64,000 nt of DNA from a virus. The stretch spans positions 7,550 through 71,549 of the IMG/VR virus record IMGVR_UViG_3300015360_003300; one strand, written 5' to 3'. Under the pieces are notes generated by a model. That model did not search any database. It was given only the letters and a program-made list of their open reading frames with translations, and was not told the DNA's origin. A program made the position numbers and the translations under genes. Positions 9,827 to 21,100 of the stretch are shown here, piece after piece. The stretch's first letter is position 1. Each line of letters starts with the position of its first letter.

Positions 9827-10573
9827 ATGAAGGACTGTGTAATATATGCTGCGTGGTTAAATGATGACAGTTTAAATGAACTTTATATATCAACTATATC
9901 ACGACTTAATGATTGTGATTTTTATGTTGGATTTAATCATTCTACAAGTAAAAAATTCATAGAATTGTGTCATAAAACATTACCAATTATTTCATCAAAA
10001 ATATGCGATGTCGAATTAGAGGTTAATTCAGATGCATCTGCATATCAAGCCGCCTTACAGTGTTATAAAGATACGTGCAAGGAAAAATACAGGAATGTGT
10101 ATTTTATACACAATAAGGGGGCGTCACATTTCCATGTAAATTACATAAATGAATATCTTGTTAAATTTATTAATTTACGTAATGAAGTTAATGAGAAACT
10201 AGAAACATATGGTGGTTTCTGTATATATGGAAGCATTAACCATGATATGTCAAAAGCATGGAATGATTTAATAAAAGACACGGCAAAGTTTACATATGAA
10301 AAACCATTGGATATAATATGGTGGTGTACTATATATGCTATAAAAGCTGAAATAGTTGATTTATACATTAATAATATAAAAGATGATTTTTTTAAAACAA
10401 AATTAGACAGGTATTTTTTTGAAGCATCTTTTCCACTTATTGTAGATAAATTTGGATTTACTAGATATACGCAAATTTTTTGGGATGTTCCAGTAAAGTT
10501 TTCAATCGAACTCTTACAACAAAAATTAAAAGAATATAACGACATTAATAAACTTTCTTGTATAATTAATTGA
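9827..10573 (+). CDS. Putative glycosyltransferase-like / glycan-modifying protein
   Basis: YFIHNKG and RYFFE motifs, which I associate with RgpF-like phage GT proteins; cluster context. Confidence 0.4.
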   Translation: MKDCVIYAAWLNDDSLNELYISTISRLNDCDFYVGFNHSTSKKFIELCHKTLPIISSKICDVELEVNSDASAYQAALQCYKDTCKEKYRNVYFIHNKGASHFHVNYINEYLVKFINLRNEVNEKLETYGGFCIYGSINHDMSKAWNDLIKDTAKFTYEKPLDIIWWCTIYAIKAEIVDLYINNIKDDFFKTKLDRYFFEASFPLIVDKFGFTRYTQIFWDVPVKFSIELLQQKLKEYNDINKLSCIIN

Positions 10574-10574
10574 T

Positions 10575-11507
10575 ATGAACAAAGACGCTAAAATAGCAGT
10601 AATGGGTGCATTAGGACTTGTTGGTAAAGCACTATCAGATAATCTAAAAAAAAGTGGTTATACATCTGTTTTACAGATAACACGAAAAGATGTAGATTTA
10701 ACAAATCAATTAGATGTTGATAATTGGTTCAAAAATAATAAACCAGAATATGTTTTTTTAGCGGCAGCAAAAGTCGGTGGTATTTTTGCAAATAACGCAT
10801 ATCCAGTAGATTTTGGATATATAAACGGCATGATAGAATTAAATGTTCTTCACTGTGCCCATAAATATGAAATAAAAAAATTATTATTTCTTGGAAGCTC
10901 ATGTATCTATCCTAAATTTTCACAACAACCAATTAAAGAAGAATATTTAATGTCTGGTTCATTGGAACCAACAAATGAAATGTATGCTTTAGCCAAAATA
11001 TATGGATTAAAATTATGTCAATCGTATAAAAAACAGTATGGATGTAACTTTATAAGTTGCATGCCTACAAATTTATATGGTCCACATGATAATTTTTCTC
11101 AAGAAAGCGGACATGTAATACCATCTTTAATTAATAAATTTCATTTTGCAAAAAATAATAACACAAATGTTACATGTTTTGGAACAGGATCTGCTTGTCG
11201 GGAATTTTTATATATAGACGATATGGCAGATGCTTGTATTTTTTTAATGAATGTATATAATGAACATGATACTATAAATGTCGGATACGGTACTGATATA
11301 TCTATATCTGAACTTTCAAATTTAGTTAAACATATTACTAAATTTACAGGCGATATAAAATGGGACACTACAAAACCTGATGGTATGGCAAAAAAACTTC
11401 TAGACTCATCAAAAATAAATAGTCTTGGATGGCACGCAACCACTACGCTTGTAGATGGTCTAACAAAAACATATAATTGGTTCGTTAATAACAAGGCATC
11501 CTCATGA
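10575..11507 (+). CDS. fcl: GDP-L-fucose synthase / GDP-colitose synthase (Fcl/ColC epimerase-reductase)
   Basis: LAAAKVGGI.AN, FLGSSCIYP, LEPTNE.YA.AK, MPTNLYGPHDNF, HVIP, REFL, KPDG. Confidence 0.93.
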   Translation: MNKDAKIAVMGALGLVGKALSDNLKKSGYTSVLQITRKDVDLTNQLDVDNWFKNNKPEYVFLAAAKVGGIFANNAYPVDFGYINGMIELNVLHCAHKYEIKKLLFLGSSCIYPKFSQQPIKEEYLMSGSLEPTNEMYALAKIYGLKLCQSYKKQYGCNFISCMPTNLYGPHDNFSQESGHVIPSLINKFHFAKNNNTNVTCFGTGSACREFLYIDDMADACIFLMNVYNEHDTINVGYGTDISISELSNLVKHITKFTGDIKWDTTKPDGMAKKLLDSSKINSLGWHATTTLVDGLTKTYNWFVNNKASS

Positions 11508-12310
11508 TAAATATATTATTATGGTCTAAAGATAGGGCTGCCCAACTAGATTTAACACTTCAGTCATATAAGAAATATTTTAAAGATTGGGATAAGCAAA
11601 CGTTAAATATTTTATATAAATGTTCATCTGATGACTTCATAAAATCTTATGATATTTTGATGAAGTATCATCCAGAGTTTAATTGGGTTAATGAAAAAGA
11701 TTTAGTAAAACAAACAAAAGAACTTATATTTAACACAGACCACTTATATGTATCATTTATTGTAGATGATGATGTATTCATTGATTATTTTTCAACATCA
11801 GATTATGAATTTAAAGAATTCACTACTAACAATGACATAGCATGTTTGTCATGTAGGTTGGCACCATATATTAATTATTGCTATACGGCAGGAATGCCCC
11901 AACCAGCACCTGATATTAAAGATGGAATATGGGAATGGTGTAATAAACCATATGATTGGGGATACCCAGCCTCATTATCAGCCTTTCATGTCTTCAGAAA
12001 ACAAGACGTATCTTTTTTAAAAGATATAAATTTTAGAGGTGTTAATACATTTGAAGCTCAGTTTGATAGTATGTTTTCTCGTAATAGAACAAAAATGATA
12101 TGTTATAATCAAGCTAAGTGTATATGTGCAACAAATAACAGAGTTCAAATGGAAAATGCCAATAAAAACGAAAACTCACACGACATATATGTATTAAATA
12201 ATGCCTTCTTGTTGGGAAAAAGGTTAAGTACTAATGTTAACGACAAGGCTACTATTAACATGTGTCATTCACCGATGAAGTATATATTTGAGGAAAATTA
12301 TGGAAATTAA
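11504..12310 (+). CDS. Putative GT-A fold glycosyltransferase
   Basis: SKDRAAQLD N-terminus, FIVDDD (DxD-like), DWGYP. Confidence 0.65.
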   Translation: MINILLWSKDRAAQLDLTLQSYKKYFKDWDKQTLNILYKCSSDDFIKSYDILMKYHPEFNWVNEKDLVKQTKELIFNTDHLYVSFIVDDDVFIDYFSTSDYEFKEFTTNNDIACLSCRLAPYINYCYTAGMPQPAPDIKDGIWEWCNKPYDWGYPASLSAFHVFRKQDVSFLKDINFRGVNTFEAQFDSMFSRNRTKMICYNQAKCICATNNRVQMENANKNENSHDIYVLNNAFLLGKRLSTNVNDKATINMCHSPMKYIFEENYGN

Positions 12311-13475
12311 ATATCCGTTAGCAACATCTACGTGGTCTGATGATGAAAAACTTGCCGCTAAATACGTCATTGATACAGGTAACTGTACAATGGGAAAAAT
12401 AACACAAGAACTTGAAATTAAATTTGCAAATAAAATGGGAGTTAAGTATTCCGTGTTTTCTAACTCTGGAAGCTCTGCAAATCTTCTAGCAGTTGCTGCA
12501 ATGTTTTATAAAAAAGATAATCCACTTAAACAAGGTGATGAAATACTCGTTCCGGCCATATCATGGGCCACTACTTATTATCCACTTCAACAGTATGGTT
12601 TAAAATTAAAGTTTATTGATGTATCAAAAGAAGATTTTAATATTAACATATCAGATATAGAAGATGCAATAACTGAAAAAACTAAAGGAATTTTTGCTGT
12701 TAACTTACTTGGTATGCCATGTAATTACAAAGCGTTAACCGATATATGTAAAAAACATAATCTTGTTCTACTTGAAGATAATTGTGAAGCAATGGGTGGA
12801 ACTTATAATGGCAAACAATTAGGTACATATGGTGATATTGGTACATATAGTACGTTTTTTTCGCATCATATTTGTACAGTAGAAGGTGGCTTTTGTACAA
12901 CTAATAACGAAGAATTGTATCATATTATGATATCATTGCGGGCACATGGATGGATTAGAAATCTACCAGATATTAATCATGTTTATAATAAGTCAAAAAA
13001 TAACTTTGAGGATACATTTAAATTTGTTTTACCTGGATATAATCTTAGACCAAATGATATATTTGCAGCCATAGGTCTATTACAGATAGATAAACTAAAT
13101 ACGTTTGTAGATAGCCGTCGTAAAAATTATAGATATTTAAAACAAAAGCTTGATGATTTAAAATTAGATTGGATTAGTATTCAAGATAACCAATTATGTA
13201 ATGATGAGTCATCGTGGTTTGGATTTGGGTTTACTACAAAAGATAATATGCTTAAACCAATTATTGATGCTCTTTCGTTTGCTAATATTGAATTTCGACC
13301 TATAGTTGCTGGTAACTTTACAAAAAATCCAGTTATAAAATATATGAACTATACTATACACGGTGATTTACCAAACACACAATTTATTGATAAAGGCGGA
13401 TTCTTTATTGGTAATAATGGAGAAGATATTAGCCCTCAAATTGATCACTTTATTAATATACTAAGGAAAATATAA
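12300..13475 (+). CDS. colD: GDP-4-keto-6-deoxy-D-mannose 3-dehydratase (PLP-dependent, DegT family)
   Basis: YPLA.STW, SW.TTYYPLQQYGL, LEDNCE, FSHHI.T.EGG with His at the usual PLP-Lys position, RAHGW.RNLP, FKFVLPGYN, SSWFGF, closely matching my recollection of E. coli O55 ColD. Confidence 0.88.
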   Translation: MEIKYPLATSTWSDDEKLAAKYVIDTGNCTMGKITQELEIKFANKMGVKYSVFSNSGSSANLLAVAAMFYKKDNPLKQGDEILVPAISWATTYYPLQQYGLKLKFIDVSKEDFNINISDIEDAITEKTKGIFAVNLLGMPCNYKALTDICKKHNLVLLEDNCEAMGGTYNGKQLGTYGDIGTYSTFFSHHICTVEGGFCTTNNEELYHIMISLRAHGWIRNLPDINHVYNKSKNNFEDTFKFVLPGYNLRPNDIFAAIGLLQIDKLNTFVDSRRKNYRYLKQKLDDLKLDWISIQDNQLCNDESSWFGFGFTTKDNMLKPIIDALSFANIEFRPIVAGNFTKNPVIKYMNYTIHGDLPNTQFIDKGGFFIGNNGEDISPQIDHFINILRKI

Positions 13476-14161
13476 TGAGAATATTAACGTGTATTTTTTC
13501 ATATAATACAAAAAGTTTTACAGAAAGAATTCTTAACGAGTTTAGTAAGTCGGATGATCATGACATTATAGTTGTAGATAATAGCTCAATAAAAGAACAG
13601 ATTCCTCTATGTGAAAACTTAAGATATTTAGGCGAAATAAATGTTGAATTTGGTGGCATGATGGATTCTGTTCTAACTGATACTGAACTATTAAATAAAT
13701 ATGAATTTATTGGGTTCTTAAATAATGATACTTTTGGTTGGAGTAACGATCATATTATAAAAATGCGACAAATAGTAAATGAATCAATTGGAATTTATCA
13801 TCATTCAATATCACCGGAATATGATAAAAGTGCTAGAACACTTTGGCCACATACTAATACGCTAAGATATGTTAATGAAATAGAAAACGTGGCTCCATAT
13901 TATAATACAAATCTTCTCAAAACTTTTAGTAAATATTGTCCTGTTCAGAAACATGGTTTAATTGATGTTGCTATTTCTGGTGTGTGTAGGGACATAAATC
14001 TAAAACAAGTTATAGACGATAGAATATCTATACACCATATGCGTAGTGGAACCAGAAAAGAAGTTGGAAGTTACAATAATTATATTAATACTGCGGGTAT
14101 TGACCTTGAACGTTGGCAAGTTCAGTTTCCAGAACTTAGAAAATATAATTTACATCAATAA
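13475..14161 (+). CDS. Putative GT2-like glycosyltransferase
   Basis: IFSYN, IIVVDNSS, N..FGG, FLNND, HHMRSGT. Confidence 0.7.
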   Translation: MRILTCIFSYNTKSFTERILNEFSKSDDHDIIVVDNSSIKEQIPLCENLRYLGEINVEFGGMMDSVLTDTELLNKYEFIGFLNNDTFGWSNDHIIKMRQIVNESIGIYHHSISPEYDKSARTLWPHTNTLRYVNEIENVAPYYNTNLLKTFSKYCPVQKHGLIDVAISGVCRDINLKQVIDDRISIHHMRSGTRKEVGSYNNYINTAGIDLERWQVQFPELRKYNLHQ

Positions 14162-14162
14162 T

Positions 14163-14963
14163 TCATAAATCCACTAAAATTCTACTTATATTTTGATAAA
14201 AATCAGAATAATATAATGCTTTATTGAAATTATATTCTATTATATCTTTATATGTAGCATATGATTCATTAGTTAGTGTATTTAATTTTTCTTTCAATAT
14301 ATCTATATTATCATCATCCAAAATAATCCATCCTGTAGTATTAAAAACATTACTTATTGACGGATCGCCATAATATACAGGTATAGTTCTACAAATTAAA
14401 CAATCAATTATTTTTTCAGTAAACCAATTATCACATCTATTATTTTCTATTACTAATGAATATTGATATTCAGAAAATAATTTTACTTTTGAACCAAATA
14501 GAACCTCGTTGTGATATTGGTTAATACCTCCTTCGTTACCACTTCTATAACAACACAAAAAAGGTATTTCTTTTTGTGTATGTAAAATTTTCTGTCTAAA
14601 TGAATGACCTGGAGCAAAGTTTTTTTGACCTATTAAAGTAGACATTTTAAATTTTTTCATAAGAACATTTATATTGTTATATTCGTTTTGGTTTATCCAA
14701 GACGATCCAAAATAATACATTCTAGAATTTTTACATTCTCTCAATAATTGAGGATCGTAAGTAAAAACAAAATCGTATTTTTTCCAATTACTAAGTAAAT
14801 AGTCTTTATCATTATATATACAATCTGGTTCAATGCTAATGTATATGTTTAAACCACCATCTTTTAATGGTGCATTAATATCATCACATATAAAATGTAT
14901 TTTTTTTCCGATGTTTTTAAATTTTGAAATGTCCATCCAACTATTGGTGGTATAATTATCCAT
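14163..14963 (-). CDS. GT10-family (alpha-1,3/4-fucosyltransferase-like) glycosyltransferase
   Basis: YQYSLVIEN...WFTEKIIDC....TIPVYYG is the GT10 signature. Confidence 0.85.
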   Translation of the reverse strand: MDNYTTNSWMDISKFKNIGKKIHFICDDINAPLKDGGLNIYISIEPDCIYNDKDYLLSNWKKYDFVFTYDPQLLRECKNSRMYYFGSSWINQNEYNNINVLMKKFKMSTLIGQKNFAPGHSFRQKILHTQKEIPFLCCYRSGNEGGINQYHNEVLFGSKVKLFSEYQYSLVIENNRCDNWFTEKIIDCLICRTIPVYYGDPSISNVFNTTGWIILDDDNIDILKEKLNTLTNESYATYKDIIEYNFNKALYYSDFYQNISRILVDL

Positions 14964-15726
14964 TATTACACCATTCCCATGTTTGTATATATTTAATTAA
15001 ATCACCAGAACTCATTGCAGATACCTTATCAAATTCTAATTTATTTAAATTTGTATTGATATTTGGCGAACTATTTATTAGTCTGTCATGACTAATATGA
15101 TATAAATGACCATCACTTCTACCAATTCTTCCGCCTAGTTTACTAGTTCTGTTTACTCTTTCATTATCTTCATATCCCCACGACAAGAAATTTTCATTTT
15201 CCATTCCTAAAGAAATAAATTTATTTCTATTCCAAAATATAGCACCACCAACAGATGAAGGATGGTTTATATTGCAATCTTTTAATAGTATTTGATCAAA
15301 ATTATAGTTACTAGTGTACATAATATCTATATATTTTTTTGGTACCTCATAAAAAATACCAGCATATGGAAAAACCATGTCAAATTTATCATCACGAAGA
15401 AGTTGCACCGCTTCAAATATATGTTTTTGTTTAAATAATACATCACAATCATAATTGGCGATATATGGTGTTGTGCTATTTTTAGCACACACATTTAAAC
15501 ATTTTGTTCTATGAAACATCACATTAGATGACGGTATGTGAATATATTGTGTTCTCGGATAATCTTTCACATATTCAAATTTTTTATCTTCAGATTCTTC
15601 ACACACAACTATATTTATTTTAAAATGAGATGTAAAATATTTTAATACACAATTCATATTATTAATACGATCATCTGTATCATATCTAACTGGTATATTC
15701 AGAGTTACATCCATTAAATCTATCAT
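14956..15726 (-). CDS. GT7-like (galactosyltransferase C-terminal domain) glycosyltransferase
   Basis: FHRTKCLN, YDCD, GG....NENFLSWGYED, LYHISH. Confidence 0.85.
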   Translation of the reverse strand: MIDLMDVTLNIPVRYDTDDRINNMNCVLKYFTSHFKINIVVCEESEDKKFEYVKDYPRTQYIHIPSSNVMFHRTKCLNVCAKNSTTPYIANYDCDVLFKQKHIFEAVQLLRDDKFDMVFPYAGIFYEVPKKYIDIMYTSNYNFDQILLKDCNINHPSSVGGAIFWNRNKFISLGMENENFLSWGYEDNERVNRTSKLGGRIGRSDGHLYHISHDRLINSSPNINTNLNKLEFDKVSAMSSGDLIKYIQTWEWCNNG

Positions 15727-15752
15727 AATAAAGTTCCTTAATTATATTTTAG

Positions 15753-16574
15753 TTATTTATGATTTTTCCAAAAATTTTCTGCTTCTTCTATTTTTGAATC
15801 AAGATTATCCCGTACAACACCACCAACAGAATCTCGCTGACATACCATATGTTTCCATTTAGCATATAATTCATCATTTTCTTCGGGATGTATGATTGCA
15901 ATTGAATCAGACATCTGATGACTAAATCCCTTTGTATAAGCATCAACTAATAGATAAGCATCATCACCGGCATATATTGATAATTGACGATATCCACCAA
16001 CAGATTCCCAGCAATTTTTTGATATGAATAAGCAACCGCCTGCTATACCACTAGGTGCGTTCGGGTAAACAATATTTTCAGTTTGTCCAAGTCCGTTATC
16101 ATATGTAAATTGATTTTCATAACATATTTTCCAGTGACAATTAGCACCCAATTGATTTAAAGAAACCATACCAAAAGGTTTTCTTGTATATGTTGGAGAT
16201 TCGGTTGCTAATTTTTCAAGTCGTTCAACCATTCTAGTTGTATCACTAGGAAAAAGAATATCAGAGTCACATGTCAATATATACTTATATTGTACATTTT
16301 TTTCTCTTACTGTATTGTAGAGTTTATTAACAACAACAGCTTTTCCGTAATTTCTCTCAAATCTTAATAATGTTATCTTATTTTTAGAGTCTCTTGAATT
16401 AACTAAATTAACAAACTGATTCCAATACTCATCTGGACACCAACCACCAATAGCGAATTTGATATCGTATTTATAGGTATCACAATACTTAAAGAAACTA
16501 GTCAATGACTCCCAGTTTCTCTCAAAACGCTTCTTATCTGGTGCAAATATAGGCTGAATGAAAATAGTGTCCAT
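15753..16574 (-). CDS. GT2-like glycosyltransferase
   Basis: NYGKAVVVN, TCDSD, AGGCLFI...WESVGGY, YAGDD. Confidence 0.8.
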   Translation of the reverse strand: MDTIFIQPIFAPDKKRFERNWESLTSFFKYCDTYKYDIKFAIGGWCPDEYWNQFVNLVNSRDSKNKITLLRFERNYGKAVVVNKLYNTVREKNVQYKYILTCDSDILFPSDTTRMVERLEKLATESPTYTRKPFGMVSLNQLGANCHWKICYENQFTYDNGLGQTENIVYPNAPSGIAGGCLFISKNCWESVGGYRQLSIYAGDDAYLLVDAYTKGFSHQMSDSIAIIHPEENDELYAKWKHMVCQRDSVGGVVRDNLDSKIEEAENFWKNHK

Positions 16575-16624
16575 TTGTAAAAAAATCTCCTACTTTAATT
16601 ATACAAGTTTTCGGATATAATTAT

Positions 16625-16632
16625 TATAAATA
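16625..16632 (+). promoter_or_regulatory. T4-type late promoter TATAAATA
   Basis: Exact consensus in divergent intergenic gap heading the 16.6-22.7 kb block. Confidence 0.7.
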
Positions 16633-16660
16633 TACTAAAAGTCTACTTCAAGGAGCCTAT

Positions 16661-17068
16661 ATGTCATTTAAACATTTTTATAAAGTAACTTTTACCGAAT
16701 CAGAAGTTAAAATTATCCTTGAAACACTCAATGAATCCCGCTGGTGGGGGAAGTTTAAGGAAGAAGCATCTATTGTTGCGTATAAAACCGAAGATAATAA
16801 GATGAGACAATTTAGAGCATGGAAAATGCAAGAAGATGGAGGCCCAACATACGTCGTTGAGGCACGTAAGGGTCTTAGATATGGACTTTACCGCACTACA
16901 GACGATAAATTTATATGTGCTCGGCTCAAGCCTGGTAAAAAGAACATTATTAAACCAAAGGGTATATTCCAAGAAGTAGATGGGAAACTTGTATTTGAAC
17001 TTTTTAAACTTCCTACAATAATAGCACAAAATGCTTCTAAAGGTGTTCAACGGGACGCCCAGGCATAA
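16661..17068 (+). CDS. Hypothetical protein, probable internal head protein
   Basis: AAGGAG SD; N-terminus MSFKHF...ILE..LNE. Confidence 0.7.
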   Translation: MSFKHFYKVTFTESEVKIILETLNESRWWGKFKEEASIVAYKTEDNKMRQFRAWKMQEDGGPTYVVEARKGLRYGLYRTTDDKFICARLKPGKKNIIKPKGIFQEVDGKLVFELFKLPTIIAQNASKGVQRDAQA

Positions 17069-17073
17069 ATACA

Positions 17074-18159
17074 ATGAGTCTTTTACAGAGTCATAAATTT
17101 CTTATTGAAGGTGGTAAGGCGGCTGAAAAGTTGCTTCCACAGTTACAGAAACATTCTAAAGTACCACTCACATATACAAAAATATCTCAAAAAGATATTG
17201 GTACCGTTTTTGACACTACGGTAGATGAAATTCTTAACACTCTTAAAGCTAATAAACTTATTGCGCATGATTATCAACCTAAATATACATTAGGTTCAAC
17301 TCGTTTGGCAGCTGATATAGCAGGAAAACCAGTATCTCGTTATGCACACGAGGATCCAAATATAGTAGCAGCTGCTACTATAGCCAAGAATGAATTTGGT
17401 GACTTGGATATAGATATTGAATTGATTAATAATAAAACTATGAAGGATGTAGTAGCAGTTATTTCTAAACTAGATCCAACTAGAATGGCAGTTAATGATG
17501 CTGGTATAGAAGCTAATGTTGCCGCCCGTATTAACGATAAAATTATTCAAATTGATATTGTTAACATGGGTAATAATCGTCAACACATGGAATTTCAACA
17601 GTCTAGTAGTTATGTTGATACTGCACAGAATATTAAGGGAATTATCCATAAGATATTCATATCATGTATAGTACAGACTCTCCCGTTCACACAAGATGAT
17701 AAGATTAAACTTGCAGACATAATTAAGAATCATTCAGATATTCAAAAGTGGACATCAAAAGGATACATACTTACTAACATGGGTCGATTTCTCCTTGGAC
17801 CAAAAGGACTTCGTATTGTAGTTGATATGGAGAAAGACGAAGTTAAAGGACGTAAAACGATTGACCTTGAAGATACAAATCGTGTATCATCCGATGATCT
17901 TGATAAGCTTGCACAAGTCATCATGCAAGACAAATCGGTTACGAAAGATGTTATGTTTAGTGCTGTAAAAATGGCCGAGTTTGAACAACAAAAGCATCCC
18001 GAACGAGTTAAAGATATATGGTCTATGTTTGTTGATAAATTACAATATGCTACACAAACTGGTGGAGTAGGTAATAAAGATGCTATAAATGCATTCAACG
18101 TTATCGGAAAACATCTTGGTATAAAACCAGAACTAATTCAAAAAGCTATTAAAGGATAA
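17074..18159 (+). CDS. Pol-beta-superfamily nucleotidyltransferase-like protein
   Basis: LGS (GS at 17293), FGDLDID (DxD at 17401-17409), third acidic residue in IQID; LIEGG N-terminus. Confidence 0.7.
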   Translation: MSLLQSHKFLIEGGKAAEKLLPQLQKHSKVPLTYTKISQKDIGTVFDTTVDEILNTLKANKLIAHDYQPKYTLGSTRLAADIAGKPVSRYAHEDPNIVAAATIAKNEFGDLDIDIELINNKTMKDVVAVISKLDPTRMAVNDAGIEANVAARINDKIIQIDIVNMGNNRQHMEFQQSSSYVDTAQNIKGIIHKIFISCIVQTLPFTQDDKIKLADIIKNHSDIQKWTSKGYILTNMGRFLLGPKGLRIVVDMEKDEVKGRKTIDLEDTNRVSSDDLDKLAQVIMQDKSVTKDVMFSAVKMAEFEQQKHPERVKDIWSMFVDKLQYATQTGGVGNKDAINAFNVIGKHLGIKPELIQKAIKG

Positions 18160-18161
18160 TT

Positions 18162-21100
18162 ATGTCATTTAACGAATTTTATGATTCAACGATAAGCGAA
18201 AAGAAGTTGTCAATTCAACGTTTTAGTGGTTCTAATGAAATGTCAGACACTCAACTACTTAAGTTTCTTCATCAGTTACAAGGCATAGCCGCTAAAGGTA
18301 CTATTGATTTAAGTACAAATGATAAAGTTTCTATGACAGAAAAGTTTGATGGTTCGCCCGCAAATTGGGGTCTTAACCCAGAATTCTTTATGGAATCTGC
18401 CAATTCTGGAGAAGTAACTTCGTCTAATATTGAAAAATTTAACAATCCATATACAATTCATTTTTATAAAGCATTCAAGTTCTTATCTGAATACAAACCA
18501 TTCCTTGATAGACTCAAAAAGGCACAAAGTTACGCTGATGAGCCTGTTAAGTTCACGTCAGAAATGTTTCCAGTATTAACACATAAAGGTAATGATTGTG
18601 GTGATTTTATTTTCTGTTCAACAAAATATAATAAGAGTAAGCTAGGTAACTCTGGTGCCTTTATGATATTTGATGTGAGTGTTAAACATGGAGATTCGTG
18701 GGTGGAAGCCAATGAAGATATTCACGAAATACTTATTGATATTGTACGTACTCCCGAAGATCCTGAATGGAAGGTCTATTATGCTGATCGTGATGGTAAA
18801 CTCAACGGTACTTTACAATTTGAATTCTCTGGAATCAATGATTGGATTTCTAGTCCAACGAAACTTGCATCATCTGTTGCTCTTTTAAAGAATAAAAACG
18901 ATCCTAATACAAAGAACCTTAAGGATCTTATTCAAAAGATACGACCAGGACTTCAACAGCAACTTGATGCATATGCTGAAAATACATCATCTAGTCTTGG
19001 TAATGCTACAGGCAAGTCTCCGATTGAAGGAGTGGTTCTAAAAGTTAACCTACCCACGGGTCCAACGTTCATCAAAGGAACCTCACAAATATTTCATGAT
19101 ATAGCATCTGGTACATGGGGAACTCGCAAGGAACTTGGCGCAATTGAAAAGACATTGACCGGTCAGTTCCTTAAAGATGTTATTGGTTTAAGAACAGATC
19201 AACCAGCTGCATTGAATAGAGCAATTGCAGAAATTGGTAAGACGTTTCAAAGTGATAAGCAAGGTGAAGAAAGAACTAATGTTTTTGTAGACGAGCTTCG
19301 TAAAAAATTACAAACTGATGGCTCATCAACGACAGATATTATTGCTCGTACAAAAGCCAAGCAGTATCTTGATGTTGCTAATAAGCAACTTAATGATATT
19401 GAACAGAAATGGCAACAGACACTTACTACTGTAGATCCAGATACTATTGATAAGACCGAAAATCAAATGGCTTATACAAAGGAAATGTTAAAGAAACTTC
19501 AAAGTCGCATAGTAGATACCGAATATATTGGTGATGCATATATGGTCTATTTGCTTCGGATGATCATCGGTAGGCGCATTGAAAATTATATCAATAACGA
19601 CTCTAATGTCGGTGAAATTGATGAACTTAATAATAGTATTGGTGAAGAAGAACTTAACGAACTTAATGTGACGGCTCTTACTACCAATCTTATAACAAAA
19701 TTAAAAGATTTAATAGTTAAAAAACCACAACCACAACTTCCAAGCAAACGTCCAACTGATGATGATCTTAGTGATATAGATTTACAAATTCATCCATCTA
19801 CACATGCAGTAAACGATATAGATTTCGCGAATATTCAAGACCAAGATCCAGAATGGAATCAAAAGGTAAAAGGTTACGTTGTAAAAATTCTAAAACTTAA
19901 TAATATATCAGATGAAAGTATTAACAATTTATTAGTTAAGTTTGATAAAGATCCTGATTCTGTTGCGAAAAGAGTATTAGATAAATTTGGCGGTAATTTA
20001 CGAGATATTCGTGATCAACTACGCGGACATGATGAGACAGATAAAAATATAAGAGATGCAAAAAAAGGGAAATTGCGAGCATATTTACGCGGGGATACCG
20101 ACGAATTAGACGAAGAAGCAAGTGAAGAATTCGACGAATATGAGATTCTTGATGAGCGCAAATTTGAAAAAGTAAAAATGGCTCGTAATGTTCTTTCAAA
20201 ACTAGGACATCCTAAAGCATATGATCGCAATGATGATGGTAAGTATATTCTTCGTTCCAAACATATTAAAAAGTTAATGAAAAAACTTAACTATATATTT
20301 AGTGATGAAAAATCGAGGTGGATTATGGATACACAAGAACCAATATCTAAACCAGAAAAAACTTCTGTAGAGCCAATAATTACAGAACCGTCTGTTGATA
20401 AAACTCCAAATGTTATTACATCTGAAAAGAATGCTATAATTTGGATTGGTCGCGCTCAGCCTTGGCATAAGGGACATGATGTTCTTATACAAAAAGGACT
20501 TGAAAAACTTAAAGAAGTCGGTGCTAACATGATATTTATTATGCTTGTTAAAGGATCAATTACAAGTATGGATGTAAACAAGAATCCTATGGATTTTGAT
20601 GCCCAAATAAAGTTAATTGGTGATGTATATGAGAAAGAACAAGCAGTTGATATTAGTAGCTTACCAGTAGCCACCGGATCAATTGTTGATATTCTTGTAA
20701 CTGCATCAAAACAAGGAATTATTGTTAAGGGTTGGCTTGCTGGAAGTGATCGTATTGCTGGTTATCAGGAACAGTTTAAAACCTTCAAAACAGATAAATA
20801 TAAAGCAGAATTTCAACAAAAAACTTCTCTTGCTGCGCAATATCCGCTTGACGGTGATATCACATTTATTGATGTGGGACGTGAGGAAGAATCTACTCCT
20901 AAACCAACAACAAAAGACGCCAAAGAACTAGCTAATGCTGATAAAGTTGCTAAACATGATGCTATGGCAGTTAAAGCCAAATCAGTAGACACTCCAACAA
21001 TTTCTACTGAACATATGAGTGGCTCGCTCGCAAGATCATTAGTTACTAAACTTGACTTTGATCATTGGTTTAAAGAAGTATGTCCCCTAAAATATACTTC

